From positions 103,173 through 167,172 of IMG/VR virus record IMGVR_UViG_3300021426_000065: 64,000 nucleotides of DNA, one strand, 5' to 3'. The stretch is from a virus. Lineage: Duplodnaviria > Heunggongvirae > Uroviricota > Caudoviricetes. Below are positions 62,026 to 64,000 of the stretch, in pieces (within the stretch, counting starts at the first letter, position 1; each line of letters starts with the position of its first letter). The notes beneath the pieces are model-generated. The model saw only the letters and a program-made list of their open reading frames with translations, ran no database searches and was not told where the DNA came from. Made by a program: the position numbers and the translations under genes.

Positions 62026-62505
62026 ATGGATAGTAAAAGATGTTGGAAATGTCATGATAATTTTCGTAAAGACGAATTAATTGATTATTGCGCGCCCGGA
62101 TATAAAACTTATCATAGTTATTGTAAGAAATGTTTAAAAGAACAGCAAGATTTTGATGCATTAAAATTGAAAATTGTTTCTATATTTGGTAACGACCAGA
62201 AATTATGGCCGCGAATAATGAAAGATAGAAAACGAATAATAATGCAATATGGTTATACAGATAATACTATTAGCGATTGTCTAGATTATTTATATAATGT
62301 TTTAAAATTAAAGGTACTATCTAAATCTTTATGTTTAGTGACACCTACAAATGTAGAAAAAATGAAGCAGTATAAAAGGCAGCAAAGTGCAGCGGCCGGA
62401 CAATTAGCAGCGGCAGCCGCGATAGAAATTGTAGAAAAGCCTGTATCAATACGGGAAAATATAGATGAGGAACAAGAAGAAAATCTTGATGAATGGTTTG
62501 AATGA
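62026..62505 (+). CDS. Zinc-finger hypothetical protein.
   Basis: CWKCH...CKKC. Promoter copy at 61976. Confidence 0.5.
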   Translation: MDSKRCWKCHDNFRKDELIDYCAPGYKTYHSYCKKCLKEQQDFDALKLKIVSIFGNDQKLWPRIMKDRKRIIMQYGYTDNTISDCLDYLYNVLKLKVLSKSLCLVTPTNVEKMKQYKRQQSAAAGQLAAAAAIEIVEKPVSIRENIDEEQEENLDEWFE

Positions 62506-62517
62506 GAGGGGATTTAA

Positions 62518-64000
62518 TTGGTTTTATCAGATACAGCAGCACAGCGAGCAATCGTTGGAGCGTTAATCCATAATCCACTTCTCTTTTTGGAATATCCAGA
62601 TTTAACCCCAGCCGATTTTGATTTAGAGATTGCACGAAGGTGCATGGGTGTTATTAGGTATTTATATACGCAAGGAGCAAAAACATTAACTCCCGCGGAA
62701 GTAGACCAGGAGTTTGCTAGACGTGATAAAATATATAGCTCTTACGAAAGAGAAGGCGGATTAGAGTATTTAAAGAATGCGTATGAATATGCTTCTTCAT
62801 CAGGAAGTAACTTTGATATGTATTATCAACGATTAAAGAAATATTCATTGCTTCGTAGATTAAAAGCAGATAAATATGACATTAGTGATTATTATATAGA
62901 TGATAAAGAAAATGATGACCCATTAAAAGAAGTAAAAACATTAGAAAGATTTAATAACGCAACACTTGAAGAGATTTTAAATACAGTAGAAAGTAAATAT
63001 AATATAATCAGAAATGATTATTTGAATGGCGGAAAAGCAAAAGGAGACCCAGCAGAAGGCATCTTCGCCTTAATAGATAGATTAAAGCAAAGTCCAGATA
63101 TTGGACCAAACTTAGAAGGAAAATTATTTAATTACGCATGTCGCGGCGCGAGAGAAGGATGTTTCTTCTTAAAATCAGCAAGTACGAATGCAGGTAAAAC
63201 AAGAACTTCGGTATTCGACGCTTGTAGATTAGCATATCCAATTAAATGGTCGCATGAAAAAAATACTTTTGTTCAAGAAGCAGATAGCGTGACAGGAGAA
63301 ATATATAAGCCAAGAAAAGTATTATTTATTGTAACGGAGATGGATAAAGAAGAACTGCAAACAATTATGTTGGCTTATCTATCCGGTGTTAATGAAGACC
63401 ATATACTTCGCGGCGAATATGAATTGGGCGAAGAACAGCGCGTTAGATATGCTGGGAAAATTATAGAAAAATATAGTGGATATTTTATAATTGAAGAAAT
63501 TAGTGAACCTAATCTTGTAAATGTTGAAGCAACAATTAGAAAATATGCTACATTAGATAAAGTAAAATATATTTTCTTTGACTATATTCACACAACTGCG
63601 AGTATGGTCAATGAATTTGCAAAAAATAATTTAAGAGAAGATACGATTTTAATGATGATGGCAAATCAGTTAAAATAGGTTGCCAAAGATTATAATGTTT
63701 TTATTTTCTCCGCGACTCAGGTTAATGCAATGGCAATGGGTGACGATGGAGAATTTAAAAATGAGATGTGTATTCGCGGCAGTAAGGCAGTAGCTGATAA
63801 GTGCGATATGGGTTATGTAATGACGCGAGTCAGTGAACAAACATGGCAAAAGTTGCTTCCTAATTTTCGTATGGCTGTGCGCGAAGGCATTATAAGTAGT
63901 AAATATTTAGAAGATGATAGTAAACCAACTCATGTTATTGACATCTATAAAATGCGCCGCGGACGTTTTAAGAACGTAAGGATTTGGTTGAATCTACATT
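62518..64000 (+). CDS. DnaB-like replicative helicase, 3' truncated by the window edge, with at least one in-frame TAG (at 63676).
   Basis: DnaB N-terminal domain, Walker A SASTNAGKTRT, motif SATQVN after the TAG. Confidence 0.6.

Overview
This window looks like part of a large AT-rich (about 35% GC) virulent dsDNA phage genome. Nearly every gene is on the + strand, genes carry AGGAGG-type Shine-Dalgarno sites, and more than 25 copies of one consensus sigma-70 promoter (TTGACT-N17-TATAAT with an extended TATG) are present, pointing to a Firmicute-like host. TAG is a sense codon throughout: at least 25 genes keep a single frame through in-frame TAG codons, and every true stop I checked is TAA or TGA. 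Positions 8.4-20.4 kb hold a tRNA island with at least 25 tRNAs. It contains a candidate amber-suppressor tRNA (anticodon CUA) split by a 177-nt group I-like intron, a tRNA-Leu(UAA) split at U34/A35 by a 726-nt group I intron carrying an HNH homing endonuclease, free-standing GIY-YIG and small-ORF inserts, and several GC-rich structured-RNA blocks I could not assign. Two of those blocks fold as Y-RNA-like (YrlA-like) elements with a permuted tRNA-like module. Downstream are a Ro60/Rsr-like TROVE+vWA protein, a split polynucleotide kinase/phosphoesterase pair and an ATP-dependent RNA-ligase-like protein, together suggesting an RNA repair and surveillance module. Other content: TAG-rich tail-fibre genes, a lysis region with a holin, RNase H, dNMP kinase, DNA ligase, a ClpP-like protease, PIN-PhoH, two NCS2 nucleobase permeases, a short PurA-like protein, two NDT-like proteins, an N6A methyltransferase, both topoisomerase II subunits, an SSB-like protein, an AAA_24 ATPase gene split by a group I intron with a TAG-recoded LAGLIDADG ORF, a DnaB-like helicase, and an iteron origin next to an initiator-like gene. 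All calls come from reading the sequence by hand. RNA structure assignments are hand folds and need covariance-model checks.
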